The notes under the pieces were generated by a model that worked only from the letters and a program-made list of their open reading frames with translations, did not search any database and was not told where the DNA came from. Shown here one piece after another: positions 52,401 through 61,728 of a stretch of 64,000 bases of DNA. Location of the stretch: IMG/VR virus record IMGVR_UViG_3300010050_000018, positions 2,723-66,722 of that record. One strand, written 5' to 3'. The position numbers and the translations under genes are program-made. Positions within the stretch are counted from its first letter, which is position 1, and every line of letters begins with the position of its first letter. Source of the stretch: a virus (Duplodnaviria; Caudoviricetes).

Positions 52401-52787
52401 GGCGGCGTCGCCGGCTACGCGACCCGCTTCCGTGCCGGCGTCGATCCGCGCGTCTTCATTGGCGCGCCCCGGTATCACAACGGCACCCCCGGCGCCGGGC
52501 TTGGCCCTGACGAGGTTCCCGCGATCCTTCGTCGTGGTGAGCCGGTGTTCAAATCATTCGAACACGCCCGGCAGGTCGTCGGCGGCGGCAACAAGGTCAA
52601 CATCAACGTCAACAACTTTGGCGGTGCGCCGGTAACAGCGGAATCGAGGGAAGAGGCAGACGGCACGACCTCGATCGACATCATCGTGGACCGTGTCGTC
52701 GCCGACAAACTCTCCCGCCGTGGCACCGCCGCGAACTCAACCCTGCGGTCCCAATTCGGGGCTCGCGAAGCCCTGAAGAGGCGTTAG
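49440..52787 (+). CDS. Tape measure protein with phage tail lysozyme domain
   Basis: NVAAQFQDIAV...SPLQIALQQGTQL; IAGILGNVKAES...GLFQH; FHDGG and DEVPAILRRGE; TTG start after GGAG. Confidence 0.93.
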   Translation: MNQVVTELTIDARGAQQGSAEYVRAMAVAQAAVDRLMDREAKLAAGAGKATEMMMAQSSSLGRVASNWDRLRASIDPVTRAQVAAARELDRAMLTADAAVKRGVTTQQDAARVISALRQKQIVDLNAVREAQQRLNTATAQGPANLNRAAANQNRFGANQFNTSNVAAQFQDIAVTSAMGMSPLQIALQQGTQLSAVLGQQGAAGAARTLGAALLSIVNPVSLITIGLVGAAAAAIQYFSKSKSETKSLDDVLKDHEKAIGRVRDLWGEAADQRSKYGRESTGAVTFGLENNLTELVKRLRAANKTTMFGGGGIGEAVTSAINMNMDLTGLGAREFRGTTLFKTLQIDFEALQKATIQGRPDVLGLIKHLEEIGQTSSNAGIKAIAADAIAALAPFKELAEAIQAADRELKRLFNDRGPNGMLLSRGTTNRDDMGNLALFEAQEAIAAARRRAAAQAQLDGLLARSPAEKAAAARAAAGAQYNDNESAAARADRIDIAGKMALADAEKALAEARRERARSLEETMASQQLEISLIGQTVGEVARLRMEYDLTSKLREEAARNGIEADQKEIDLIKQKAAEYGRYAEEIARTNLLREVQFERDQLFRSAGDQSIASRLRGAGLPVDLNSDVARAIRENQRIEELRAGIRGFFDDFQAGLMRGDSFGKALGNAILNALNRVLDKVLDNLVNSLVNSLFGGTSGGNAGGGIIGAILGAIGLGGKSGGGSTGGDAWGGLRDVTSTVSRLFAPANDNVTGGGVAGQVWNFFASKGLAAHQIAGILGNVKAESAFNPLAVGDGGKAFGLFQHNDRSGALFDAIGGKGNLGNVQAQLAFAWKELQTTESRALSALMNSKDVRGATAAFAGFERPKGFSWQNPEGAHNFSGRLAGAEEALQKFGGTAEKATSGMVRTGVAGNQAAQGLQQTTGSLAGLSQQIQTFMSSAQGGGSSWFQNLAGMFGGAGGAFSFMSGISPLATADILSGSWGLFHDGGVAGYATRFRAGVDPRVFIGAPRYHNGTPGAGLGPDEVPAILRRGEPVFKSFEHARQVVGGGNKVNINVNNFGGAPVTAESREEADGTTSIDIIVDRVVADKLSRRGTAANSTLRSQFGAREALKRR

Positions 52788-53144
52788 ATGGTCGACGCCT
52801 GGCCGGCAACGCTGCCGCAGTATCTTCTGGCCGAGGGCTATTCCGAAGCCAAAGGCGACGGTCGCCTGCGTTCCCAGCCCGAAATCGGCCCTGCCAAGGT
52901 GCGTCGTCGTTCCTCGGCGATGCCGGGGCCGCTGCAGGGCCGCATGATGATGTCTGGGGCCCAGCGGGCGATTCTCGACGCCTTTGTGCAAACCACGCTG
53001 GTGAATGGTGTCCTGCCATTCACGTTTCCAGACCCGCTGACCAGCGCCCCGATCCTGGTGCGCTTCGGCATGAACCTGCCGGCATGGACAAGCCCGGGCG
53101 GCGACACTTTTGTCGCCGCACTTGATCTCGAGGTTCTGCCTTGA
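52788..53144 (+). CDS. Distal tail protein
   Basis: WPATLPQ...GPAKVRRRS...FTFPDP...LEVLP. Confidence 0.8.
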   Translation: MVDAWPATLPQYLLAEGYSEAKGDGRLRSQPEIGPAKVRRRSSAMPGPLQGRMMMSGAQRAILDAFVQTTLVNGVLPFTFPDPLTSAPILVRFGMNLPAWTSPGGDTFVAALDLEVLP

Positions 53145-53644
53145 GCCGCGTCGTCTCCGTCACGATGCGGGCGGCCATGAACTCGCAGGAGACCGCCGAG
53201 ATCCCGGTTGGGCTTCTCACGATCACGCATCCGTCATTTCCGACGCCACTGCGGTTGAGCAGCGATCCGACGGAACGCCTCTCCGACGAGCCCCTGACCT
53301 ATGGGACCTCAAGCCGGGGCGACGCCTACATCTTCTGCCCGATGGTGGTGATGCTGCCCGACGACCTCGGGGAGCGGGCGCCGACAGCTCGGCTCATGAT
53401 CGAGAACGTCAGTCGACAGATCGTTGAAAAGATCAGGGGCATCTCGATTCCTGCACTCGGCAAGCTCGAGCTCGTTCTCGCATCGTCTCCCGACGACGTC
53501 GAGATCGGGTACCCCGACTTCGAGATCAAGCGCGCCCAGTACAACGCCAACATCATCACGTTGGAGTTGTCGATCGACGCCCTGACCGACGAGCCCTACC
53601 CCGCCGATACCTTCAACCCCAGCGGCTTCCCAGGATTGTTCTGA
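53141..53644 (+). CDS. Tail tip protein (DUF1833-like)
   Basis: LLTITHPS...LPDD...IENV...PYP..TF.PS.FPGLF. Confidence 0.8.
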   Translation: MSRVVSVTMRAAMNSQETAEIPVGLLTITHPSFPTPLRLSSDPTERLSDEPLTYGTSSRGDAYIFCPMVVMLPDDLGERAPTARLMIENVSRQIVEKIRGISIPALGKLELVLASSPDDVEIGYPDFEIKRAQYNANIITLELSIDALTDEPYPADTFNPSGFPGLF

Positions 53645-53648
53645 TCGC

Positions 53649-54050
53649 ATGAACCTCGACGATTTCGTGGGCCTGCCCTGGCTTGACCGGGGCCGCGACC
53701 GCAATGGTTTGGACTGCTGGGGTCTTCTTGCCATCGTGTACGCGGAGCGTTTCGGCATCGTATTGCCGAGCTTCCGCGACGACTACCTCACCGTTGCCGA
53801 TGGTGACGCCGTTGTCGCCCTCCTCGAAGGCCACCGCGAGACCTGGCGCGAGGTCCCTAGCGGGGCCGAGCAAGCCGGCGACGCCCTCCTGATGTCGGTC
53901 GGCGGGCGCCCCCGTCATGTCGGTGTCGTCGCCGGCGGCGGCCGAGTGCTTCACATCGAGCAGGGCGCCGGCGCCATCATCGAGAGCTATCGATCGTTCC
54001 GGCTGCGCCGGCGCGTCCTCGGCTTCTTCCGGTACGAGGCCCCGTCATGA
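53649..54050 (+). CDS. NlpC/P60 tail-tip peptidase
   Basis: GLDCWGL, HVGV, VLH. Confidence 0.9.
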   Translation: MNLDDFVGLPWLDRGRDRNGLDCWGLLAIVYAERFGIVLPSFRDDYLTVADGDAVVALLEGHRETWREVPSGAEQAGDALLMSVGGRPRHVGVVAGGGRVLHIEQGAGAIIESYRSFRLRRRVLGFFRYEAPS

Positions 54051-57000
54051 ACATGATGCCGGTGCCCGCCGTACTGACGGGCGAAATCCTTGGTCACGAC
54101 GACGAGGTCCGCGTCGTCGCCGCGCTGCATCCGCTGCGTCTCGAGCGCATCGAGATCAGGGCGCCGGCGGGATCCACCATCGCGGAGATCGTCGACCTCG
54201 TTGTCGATATGCCGGGCTGCAGGTCGGTGGCGTCGGATTTTGTCGTCCACCTAGCCGGCCATCCTGTCGAGGCCGCGAGCTGGCGTCTGATCCGGCCGAA
54301 GCCGGGCACCACGGTTACGCTGCGGCCCACGGTGCAGGGTTTCCTGGCTCCGATCTTCGCCGCGTTCTCGGCGGCGTTCTCGGGCTTCACGGCGTTCATC
54401 GGCGGCCTCGGCTTCGTCGGCAAACTGATCATGGCCGGGCTGAGCTTCGGGGTGAAGCTGCTGCTCAACGCGCTGTTTGCGCCACGGCCCCCAGAGCTCT
54501 CGAAGCCGAAAACGAGCTACTCGCTGACCGGCGGCCGGAACCAGGCCGCACCGTTCGAACCGGTGCCGGTGATCCTCGGCAAGCATCGGATCAGCCCGTA
54601 CTACGGCGCCCTGCCCTACACGGAATCGAACGCGGAGACCCAGTATCTCCGGCTCCTGTTCGTCTGGGGTTATGGCCCCCTGCAGATCGATGACATCAAG
54701 ATCGGGGAAACCCCGCTGTCGTCATTCGATGAAGTCGAGGTCGAGACCCGCACCGGACTTGTCGGCGACGCCCCGGTGACGCTGTACCCGCGCCAGGTCG
54801 TCGAGGAGCCTCTTTCCGTCGATCTCAAGCAGGTCGACGGCTGGCAGCGGCGCACCACCGCGGAAAACGTCAACGAGATTTCGATCGACTTCGTGTTTCC
54901 GAACGGCGTCGGCGCCACCGACGATCGCGGCCGGCAACAGCTCTACACAGTGACCTTGGCGGCCCGGTATCGCCTCGTCGATACCTTGACCTGGACCGAC
55001 ATGCCGGGGGTTGTTGCCACGGCGAAAAACCAGGACACCATCAGGAAAAACTCGAAGGTTTCGGGGCTGGTCGCCGGCCAATACGAGGTCGAGGTCCAGA
55101 AGGTCAACGGCGACTATCCCGACGATCCCGGCTATCGGGTCATCGAGACCGTGGTCTGGACTGCGCTACGAGGCTTCCGCACCGGGGCGCCGATCACGTT
55201 CTCGAAGCCGCTCTGCATGACTGCGATCAAGATCAAGGCGACGTCGCAGCTCAACGGAACGCTGGATACTCTGAACGGCGTCGCGACCTCGCTGGTGAAG
55301 TCGTGGAATGGTGTGGCTTGGGTCGACAACCAACCCTCCAGGAATCCCGCCGATCTGTTCAGGCATGTTCTCCAGAGCGCCGCGAATGCGAGGCCGCGTC
55401 CCGATAGCGCGATCGATCTCGTCGCCCTGCAGAACTGGCATGCGTACTGCGTCGCCAACAACTGGATGTTCGATCATCCCCGCGTCGCCGCTGCATCGGT
55501 GTTCGATACCCTGGCCGACATCTGCGCCGCCGGCAGGGCGGTGCCGATCTTCAAGGATGGCCTCTGGTCCGTGGTCTGGGACGAGCAGGACACCCCAGTC
55601 ATCCAGATGTTTACACCGCGCAACAGCTGGGGGTTCGAGGTCCAGCACGACTTCAAGGAGCTGCCGCATGCCTGGCGGGTCCGCTTCATCAACGCGAAGC
55701 AGAAATGGAAGGAAGACGAGCGCATCGTCTACGACGACGGCTACACCGCCGCCAATGCGACGCGCTTCGAAGGCATCGAGTTTCCGGGGGTCACCGATGA
55801 AGATGCGATCTGGAAACACGGCCGCTTCCATATCGCCCAGCTGAGGCTTCGCCCCGAGACCTATTCGCTCAGCGTCGATTTCGAGAACCTGCTGTGCACT
55901 CGCGCCGACAGGGTGCGCGTCGCCCATGACGTCATGCTGGTCGGAATCGCGAGCGGTCGCGTCAAATCCGTCGATGCGGGAACACAGTCCATCGTCATCG
56001 ACGAACTCATCACGCTTGAAAGCGACAAGCTCTACCAGATCCGCATCAGGCTCGCCGACGGCACCTTCCTGATCCGGTCGCTGCTGCCCGGTGCTTCAGG
56101 CGAAACCTCGACCCTGCTACTCGACGGCACCGCGGCTCTACCAGTTGCCGGCGATCTCTTCACGTTCGGCGAGTCCGGCCGCGAAAGCGGTGTCTATCGC
56201 GTCCTCGCCATCGAGCCGGCCGAGGACATGACGGCACGCGTCACTCTCGTCGACGACGCCCCTGGCATCTATCTCGCCGACACCGGACCGATCCCGGCGT
56301 TCGAAAGCAACATCACGACACCTTTCGATCCCTACACCCAGCCGCCCTCGAACTTCTTTCAGATCGAGGGCGAGGCCGAGGGCTCGTTGGCGTCGGTACA
56401 TCTCTTCTGGACGGCGCCGAGCCTCGGCCGCATCCAGTCCTATGAGATCGAGTACCGCAACGAAAGCGAGGCCGTCCCACAGTGGCGCGCCGGCCCTGTT
56501 GTTCTGGCGCCGCTGACCACGATCCCGGTAACAGGGCTCGCGCCTGGCAACTACACCTTCAGGATCCGCTGCCGGTTCGTAACGGGGGATCCGTCGCGCT
56601 GGAACACGTCGGCGACGATCGCCATCGATACGCTGCTGAACGCGCCGCCTGACGTCACCAATTTCAGGATCAGCGTCCTCGGCGGCATGGCCACGCTGAG
56701 CTGGGCGGCCGTTGTGGGGCCGGCGATCACTTATGAGATCAGATTCGTCTCCATCGACGGTCTGACCGTGGAGTGGAATTCGGCGACGACACTGATCCCG
56801 TCGGTATCGGGTACCAGCGTTCAGGTCCCGACGATGGTTGGTACCTACCTCATAAAGGCGATGTATCCGACCGGCGTCAAAAGCGCCAATGCCGCTTTGG
56901 TGGAGACCGGGATCTCGGAGATCGCGGGGCTCAATGTCGTCGAGGTCCTCGTCGAGGAGCCCACATTCTCGGGTACGAAAACGAACGTCGAAGTATCCGG

Positions 57001-57730
57001 CGGAGTGCTTCGTCTGCTTTCCTCGAGCGTGATCTCGAAATGGGAAACCCTGAGTTCCGTCATATCGATGGCCGAAGGCGATGGCGACGACGACACCCTC
57101 GGTGTCGCCGTGACGGGCTCCTACGAGTTCGCAGACATCCTCGACCTCGGTGACGTCTATACTTCCCGTGTCACCGCGCTGATCGATGCCACCGGTGAAA
57201 ACCTATCCAACGTGATGTCGGGTTGGACGACGCTTGCCGATGTCCCTGCACTCGATGACTCCGAACCCGAGGAATGGGAGGTCAGGCTCGAGATCTCCGA
57301 TACAAGCGCCGACCCGATCCTCGGGCTGTGGAGCCCATGGCGTCCATTCATGGTTGGCGACGTCACTACTCGTGCGTTTCGTTTTCGGCTCATCCTGGAA
57401 GGAAAAGCCGCCGAAAACGGCACTGCCGACTACAGCTTCATTACTCCGGCAGTCCGCACCCTGCGGGTCCAGATCGACATGCCGGATCGTGTCATCGCCG
57501 GCGACGATATCGTTGTTCCCGCAATCGGCCTTGATGTCGCCTTCAGCCCTCCGTTCCGATCGCTGCATGGCATCGGAACCAACGACCAGGACATGGCGAC
57601 CGGTGACCGCAAGGCGATCACCGCCAAGGGGCCGACCGGGTTCCATATCCAGTACTTCAATTCCGGGGGCACCCCGGTCCAACGCACCATGGACTACGTC
57701 GCCAAGGGCTACGGGAGCATCATCGCATGA
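54047..57730 (+). CDS. Host-specificity J / central tail tip protein with FN3 domains
   Basis: PVPVILGKHR, LFVWGYGP, SRNPA, RADRVRV, FN3-like repeats. Confidence 0.92.
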   Translation: MNMMPVPAVLTGEILGHDDEVRVVAALHPLRLERIEIRAPAGSTIAEIVDLVVDMPGCRSVASDFVVHLAGHPVEAASWRLIRPKPGTTVTLRPTVQGFLAPIFAAFSAAFSGFTAFIGGLGFVGKLIMAGLSFGVKLLLNALFAPRPPELSKPKTSYSLTGGRNQAAPFEPVPVILGKHRISPYYGALPYTESNAETQYLRLLFVWGYGPLQIDDIKIGETPLSSFDEVEVETRTGLVGDAPVTLYPRQVVEEPLSVDLKQVDGWQRRTTAENVNEISIDFVFPNGVGATDDRGRQQLYTVTLAARYRLVDTLTWTDMPGVVATAKNQDTIRKNSKVSGLVAGQYEVEVQKVNGDYPDDPGYRVIETVVWTALRGFRTGAPITFSKPLCMTAIKIKATSQLNGTLDTLNGVATSLVKSWNGVAWVDNQPSRNPADLFRHVLQSAANARPRPDSAIDLVALQNWHAYCVANNWMFDHPRVAAASVFDTLADICAAGRAVPIFKDGLWSVVWDEQDTPVIQMFTPRNSWGFEVQHDFKELPHAWRVRFINAKQKWKEDERIVYDDGYTAANATRFEGIEFPGVTDEDAIWKHGRFHIAQLRLRPETYSLSVDFENLLCTRADRVRVAHDVMLVGIASGRVKSVDAGTQSIVIDELITLESDKLYQIRIRLADGTFLIRSLLPGASGETSTLLLDGTAALPVAGDLFTFGESGRESGVYRVLAIEPAEDMTARVTLVDDAPGIYLADTGPIPAFESNITTPFDPYTQPPSNFFQIEGEAEGSLASVHLFWTAPSLGRIQSYEIEYRNESEAVPQWRAGPVVLAPLTTIPVTGLAPGNYTFRIRCRFVTGDPSRWNTSATIAIDTLLNAPPDVTNFRISVLGGMATLSWAAVVGPAITYEIRFVSIDGLTVEWNSATTLIPSVSGTSVQVPTMVGTYLIKAMYPTGVKSANAALVETGISEIAGLNVVEVLVEEPTFSGTKTNVEVSGGVLRLLSSSVISKWETLSSVISMAEGDGDDDTLGVAVTGSYEFADILDLGDVYTSRVTALIDATGENLSNVMSGWTTLADVPALDDSEPEEWEVRLEISDTSADPILGLWSPWRPFMVGDVTTRAFRFRLILEGKAAENGTADYSFITPAVRTLRVQIDMPDRVIAGDDIVVPAIGLDVAFSPPFRSLHGIGTNDQDMATGDRKAITAKGPTGFHIQYFNSGGTPVQRTMDYVAKGYGSIIA

Positions 57731-58821
57731 GCCAATCTGATTTCGGGACCATCAACCCGACCACGAAAAGCGGCACCGCGCTTGCCACAGACCTGATGTC
57801 GTGGCGGGACGCCCTCCACAGCAGTCATAAGGGTCCTGCAGCACCAAGTTACGTCACCGCTGGTCTGCGGTGGCTCGACGACACCCTCGATCCGATCTGG
57901 CTGTACAAGTTCTATGACGGCACCAACTGGATCACGATGTTCGCCGTCGACACCACCAACAACCAAGTTTGGACCGTCAACCCTGGCGAAAAAGAACGAT
58001 TTCCGCTTGCCGGCGGCACCGCGAATGCACTGACGCTGACGCCAGCGGTGGCAATGACGGCTTATGCCGATCTCGACGTCGTCACCTTCGAGGCGGCCTC
58101 GAACAACAGCGGGGCAACGACGCTCAACATTTCCACCGTCGGTGCCAAGGCGATCCGGAAGATGGTAGCTGGTGCCGACGTCGCCTTGGTCGGCGGAGAA
58201 ATCCTAGATGGCGTCCGCTACGTTCTGAATTACGACAGCGCCGCCAACGGCGCGGCGGGCGCGTGGATCATCGTCGGCTTCATCGCGGCAACAACGACCT
58301 CACCTGGTCTCGTTGAGCTGGCCACCGATGCCGAAGCTCAAGCCAAAGCCGATGCAGTGCGGGCGCTGACTCCATCCAACTTAGCTGCCCTAGGTGCATC
58401 TGCCACCTTCGCGGGGTTGGTTGAGCTTGCCACTGCCGCAGAAGTGGCGACTGGGACCGACACGGCACGCGCGCCTTCCGTCTCGACGATGGGAAGCCAT
58501 CAGGGCATGGCGAAAGCCTGGGTAAACTTCAACGGCACCGGCACGTTGGCTATCCGCGATAGCTACAACGTGACATCGGTCACGGATAACGCAGCTGGTC
58601 GGTACACGGTAAACTTCACCAATCCTATGTCCAACGCCAATTATGCAGCTTTGGTGTCCGTTTCTCGCGGCGCATCCAATAATGACATTCTGGCCAATAT
58701 TCAGTGGGATGGCTCCTATACCACATCCGCTGTTCAGATCGGCGTTCAGAACGCCTCTAACCCAACCATCGCCACAGGTGCTGATGCTGGCACCGTCAAT
58801 GTCGTAGTTTTCGGAGACTAA
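57727..58821 (+). CDS. Tail fibre / receptor-binding protein
   Basis: Two GLVELAT..E repeats; C-terminal AKAWVNFNG...SYNVTSVTD...YTVNF. Confidence 0.85.
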   Translation: MSQSDFGTINPTTKSGTALATDLMSWRDALHSSHKGPAAPSYVTAGLRWLDDTLDPIWLYKFYDGTNWITMFAVDTTNNQVWTVNPGEKERFPLAGGTANALTLTPAVAMTAYADLDVVTFEAASNNSGATTLNISTVGAKAIRKMVAGADVALVGGEILDGVRYVLNYDSAANGAAGAWIIVGFIAATTTSPGLVELATDAEAQAKADAVRALTPSNLAALGASATFAGLVELATAAEVATGTDTARAPSVSTMGSHQGMAKAWVNFNGTGTLAIRDSYNVTSVTDNAAGRYTVNFTNPMSNANYAALVSVSRGASNNDILANIQWDGSYTTSAVQIGVQNASNPTIATGADAGTVNVVVFGD

Positions 58822-58823
58822 AC

Positions 58824-59102
58824 ATGCAGCGTATCATTTATCCGAGCGGCGACGGCGTCTCGATCCTAATCCCGGCGGAGAAGAGCGGCCTTCCCGTTCA
58901 AGAAGTCGCTCGCAAGGACGTGCCTGCGGGACTGCCGTTCCGGATCATTGCCACTGCCGAAATCCCGACCGATCGATCGCAACGGGACCTCTGGACCGCC
59001 GATTTCAGCCAGCCCGACGGCTACGGTATTGGAGCGGACGCGTGGTTTGCCGAGCAGGAGGCGATAGTCGCCGCTGCTCAAGAGACCGAGGAAGACCAAT
59101 GA
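58824..59102 (+). CDS. Putative tail fibre assembly protein
   Basis: RIIYP...GVSILIP...KDVPAGLPFRII...R.LW; follows fibre. Confidence 0.7.
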   Translation: MQRIIYPSGDGVSILIPAEKSGLPVQEVARKDVPAGLPFRIIATAEIPTDRSQRDLWTADFSQPDGYGIGADAWFAEQEAIVAAAQETEEDQ

Positions 59103-59404
59103 CTGTCATCACGGTTCGACCGGCTCCGCTTCCTAGCCTGGATGATTACAAGGCGGCTATCGAGAGGCTGCTCGATGCGCGGGCGCAAGAACGGCGCTAC
59201 GACAGCGCCGTATCTATAGCGACCTACGTGGGAAGCACTAATGCGGCATGGTCCGCGGAGGCAGCAGCTTTCGTCGCATGGCGCGACAGCGTTTGGACGC
59301 ATGCCTATCGCGAGCTCGAGGAAGTGACTACAGGGTTGCGCCCGCAACCGTCGGTCTCAGATTTCTTGGCGACCCTGCCACCAATCGCATGGCCTACAAT
59401 CTAG
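59099..59404 (+). CDS. Tail-fibre-associated protein
   Basis: LDARAQERRYDS..S..TY...W..EA.AFVAWRDSVW. Confidence 0.75.
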   Translation: MTVITVRPAPLPSLDDYKAAIERLLDARAQERRYDSAVSIATYVGSTNAAWSAEAAAFVAWRDSVWTHAYRELEEVTTGLRPQPSVSDFLATLPPIAWPTI

Positions 59405-60105
59405 GGTGACTTGCGAAACCACGCGTCGAAGCGAGACCATTCCTCGTAGACACGCTCATAGCCCTTGGATTTCATCATCTCGTCGATCACTTTTTGCGCC
59501 GGCGTATAGTTGTGTTCGATTGCGAACAGGCGAACATCGTACCGGTCGAAGTCGAAGCCGGCGAGGATTTCGGGCTCGCTACCTTCGGTGTCGATACTGA
59601 TAAAATCGATCTGACGGGGAGACCCGTTGGACTCGAGCAGATCGTTGAGGCCAATGGTTGTCTGCTTCACCCTTTTGTGGCGCTTGCGAAGGTCCGCATG
59701 GAGATCGTTGAAGGCATGCTGTTCCATCGCCGATATCTGAGGGTTTCCGTCGACAAAAAGCATGGTGACCAGTTGGCCGGATGTCTGGCCAACTGGCAGC
59801 TCACAAAGTGGAGAAGATCGGTTGGCCCGGATCGCAGCGGCCATCATCGGGTTCGGCTCGGCCAATATGCCGGTCCAACCATATTCTTTCTCCAGCATGT
59901 AGGTGTTGCTGAGGTGTTTGCCGTCGAAGGCGCCGACCTCGACGAAGAACCCGTTGCGCTTCCCGCCTAGCTCGTGAAGCACCCAGCGATCCTGCTGTAA
60001 CTGGGCGTAACTGTGCGAGTTCCAAAAATCGGGGTGGGAAACGTCGTCAGGCATTGTTGTGGGGACGCGTGGCTTTTTCAGCCCCAACCAGGTTCTTAGG
60101 CCCAC
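59401..60105 (-). CDS. FkbM-family SAM-dependent methyltransferase moron
   Basis: FFVEVGAFDG...SNT...GWTGILAEPNP; IDFISIDTEGSE; IEHN; GGAGG RBS. Confidence 0.9.
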   Translation of the reverse strand: MGLRTWLGLKKPRVPTTMPDDVSHPDFWNSHSYAQLQQDRWVLHELGGKRNGFFVEVGAFDGKHLSNTYMLEKEYGWTGILAEPNPMMAAAIRANRSSPLCELPVGQTSGQLVTMLFVDGNPQISAMEQHAFNDLHADLRKRHKRVKQTTIGLNDLLESNGSPRQIDFISIDTEGSEPEILAGFDFDRYDVRLFAIEHNYTPAQKVIDEMMKSKGYERVYEEWSRFDAWFRKSP

Positions 60106-60137
60106 GATTTCCCCTCCAATTTGCCATTCCTCAAGCC

Positions 60138-60166
60138 AACCTAGACCTGGGTTCAGGCCCTTTCAA
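60138..60166 (-). promoter_or_regulatory. Sigma70-type promoter of FkbM moron, TTGAAA-N17-TAGGTT
   Basis: Exact 17-bp spacer about 30 bp upstream of the gene. Confidence 0.6.
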
Positions 60167-60225
60167 TCGACTTTCTAGCGTCCTGCCGAGTGGAGCTAGA
60201 ACGTAGTTCCCAAAGGAAACGATCC

Positions 60226-60738
60226 ATGTACCTCCGATACGCGCTTCTGGCGCCGCTTTCGCTCGCCTTCAATCTGTTCGTCATGGTGACGGCACCCGTC
60301 TGGGCGGCATGGGCGGCGCTCGGCAATATCGAGCGCCTGCCCTGGGTTTTCGCATGGGTGCACACCCACGACGACGACATCTACGGTTCGGTTCTGAAAC
60401 CGCTATCAGCGCTGGAGCGATTCAAGACGGCGTGCTGGTGGCTCTGGCGCAACCCGGGTTACGGCTTCGACGCCATGGTGCTCGGCTTCGACACCGCCGG
60501 CATGGTCATCGTTTCGGATAGCGGCCCCACGACCGCATTCGACAAACCCCGGACGGCCTCTCGCTTCGTTGTGATGCGCGCAGCCAATGGGCGCCGCTAC
60601 TTCTCGTATCGCCGCGACCAGATGCTGTGGGGCCGACGCTTCATCAAGATCTGGGTGGGCTGGCACTGGTCCGCCCTCGACGGCCGCCGGCACATGATCA
60701 AGGTGATGTTCAACCCGTTCCGCACCGTGGCGACATGA
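60226..60738 (+). CDS. Phage membrane protein preceding lysis genes
   Basis: N-terminal TM; WVHTHDDD, WLWRNPGYGF. Confidence 0.75.
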   Translation: MYLRYALLAPLSLAFNLFVMVTAPVWAAWAALGNIERLPWVFAWVHTHDDDIYGSVLKPLSALERFKTACWWLWRNPGYGFDAMVLGFDTAGMVIVSDSGPTTAFDKPRTASRFVVMRAANGRRYFSYRRDQMLWGRRFIKIWVGWHWSALDGRRHMIKVMFNPFRTVAT

Positions 60739-60848
60739 GAACGCTCGTCATCATCGCTCTGTTGCTGACCGCCTGTCAGAACCGCCACCAAGTTGATCCC
60801 GACGCCGAACGTGCCGTGATCTGCAGCATGCTAACCTGCGGCGACTAA
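60735..60848 (+). CDS. 37-aa lipoprotein
   Basis: MRTLVIIALLLTAC lipobox; ATGA coupling. Confidence 0.65.
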   Translation: MRTLVIIALLLTACQNRHQVDPDAERAVICSMLTCGD

Positions 60849-60890
60849 GCCGCCTCCCCCGCTTCCCGATCCTCTCGAAAGGACACCACC

Positions 60891-61391
60891 ATGGCTGATC
60901 CAGCATGGATTGCAGTCGCTCGCCAATATCTTGGCCAGCGCGAGGTCAAAGGCCCGCATCACAATGCCCACGTCTTGAAATGGTGGAAGGATATCGGCGC
61001 CCCGTTCGACGACGACGAGACACCGTGGTGCGGCGCCTTCGTCGGCGGTGTTCTCTCCGAAACAGGCATCAAGCCGGTCGCCAGCGGCGCATCGGCCCAA
61101 GCCTGGCTCAAGCTCCCAGTGAAGCTCGACAGGCCGGCCGAGGGCTGCGTTGTCGTGTTCTGGCGCGGATCCCCGAACAGCGGTCAGGGTCACGTCGGGT
61201 TCGTCCTGGGCAAGGATCAGCGCGGCAATCTGATGGTGCTCGGCGGCAATCAGGGCGATGTCGTCTCGATCAAGCCGTTCAGCCTCGATCGCGTGAAGGG
61301 CTACCGCTGGCCCGGCGTCTATCCGTATCCGGAGCGCTTCAAACTGCCACTTCTGCGGAGCGACGGCACTCTTTCCCAGAACGAGGCCTGA
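60891..61391 (+). CDS. Endolysin, TIGR02594-type (NlpC/P60/CHAP-like)
   Basis: DETPWCGAFVG, GHVGF, LGGNQG. Confidence 0.88.
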   Translation: MADPAWIAVARQYLGQREVKGPHHNAHVLKWWKDIGAPFDDDETPWCGAFVGGVLSETGIKPVASGASAQAWLKLPVKLDRPAEGCVVVFWRGSPNSGQGHVGFVLGKDQRGNLMVLGGNQGDVVSIKPFSLDRVKGYRWPGVYPYPERFKLPLLRSDGTLSQNEA

Positions 61392-61392
61392 T

Positions 61393-61728
61393 ATGGCGAA
61401 GCCGCTGCAGACCGGGGAGCCGTCATGGAAGTGGCGGCGGATCATCATCTATACCGTGCTGGTCTGGGCTTGCTACCAGCTGTTCTTGCTCATCGATGCC
61501 AAGGATACCCGCCTCAACGAGACCATCGCCTGGGGATGGCAGCTCGTCGTGATGGTGCTGGTGACCGGCTACACCGGCTTCGCGACGGCCCAAGACATCG
61601 CTGCGATCTGGACGACAAGAACAGCTCGCCCGTATTCCGATCCTCCGCTGGAACCGACGCCAGCGCCTGACCAGACCGTCGTTGTCGTCCAGCCAGATCC
61701 GGCGGCGCCGAAAGGCGGTGTCGAATGA
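61393..61728 (+). CDS. Holin (two TM segments)
   Basis: WKWRRIII TM1, TM2; between endolysin and spanins. Confidence 0.75.
   Translation: MAKPLQTGEPSWKWRRIIIYTVLVWACYQLFLLIDAKDTRLNETIAWGWQLVVMVLVTGYTGFATAQDIAAIWTTRTARPYSDPPLEPTPAPDQTVVVVQPDPAAPKGGVE

Noticed and set aside
61325-61340. Third PERF-encoding match (CCGGAGCGCTTC) in the endolysin
   Set aside because: Only about 12 nt, internal to the gene and without the stop/ATG; compatible with chance.
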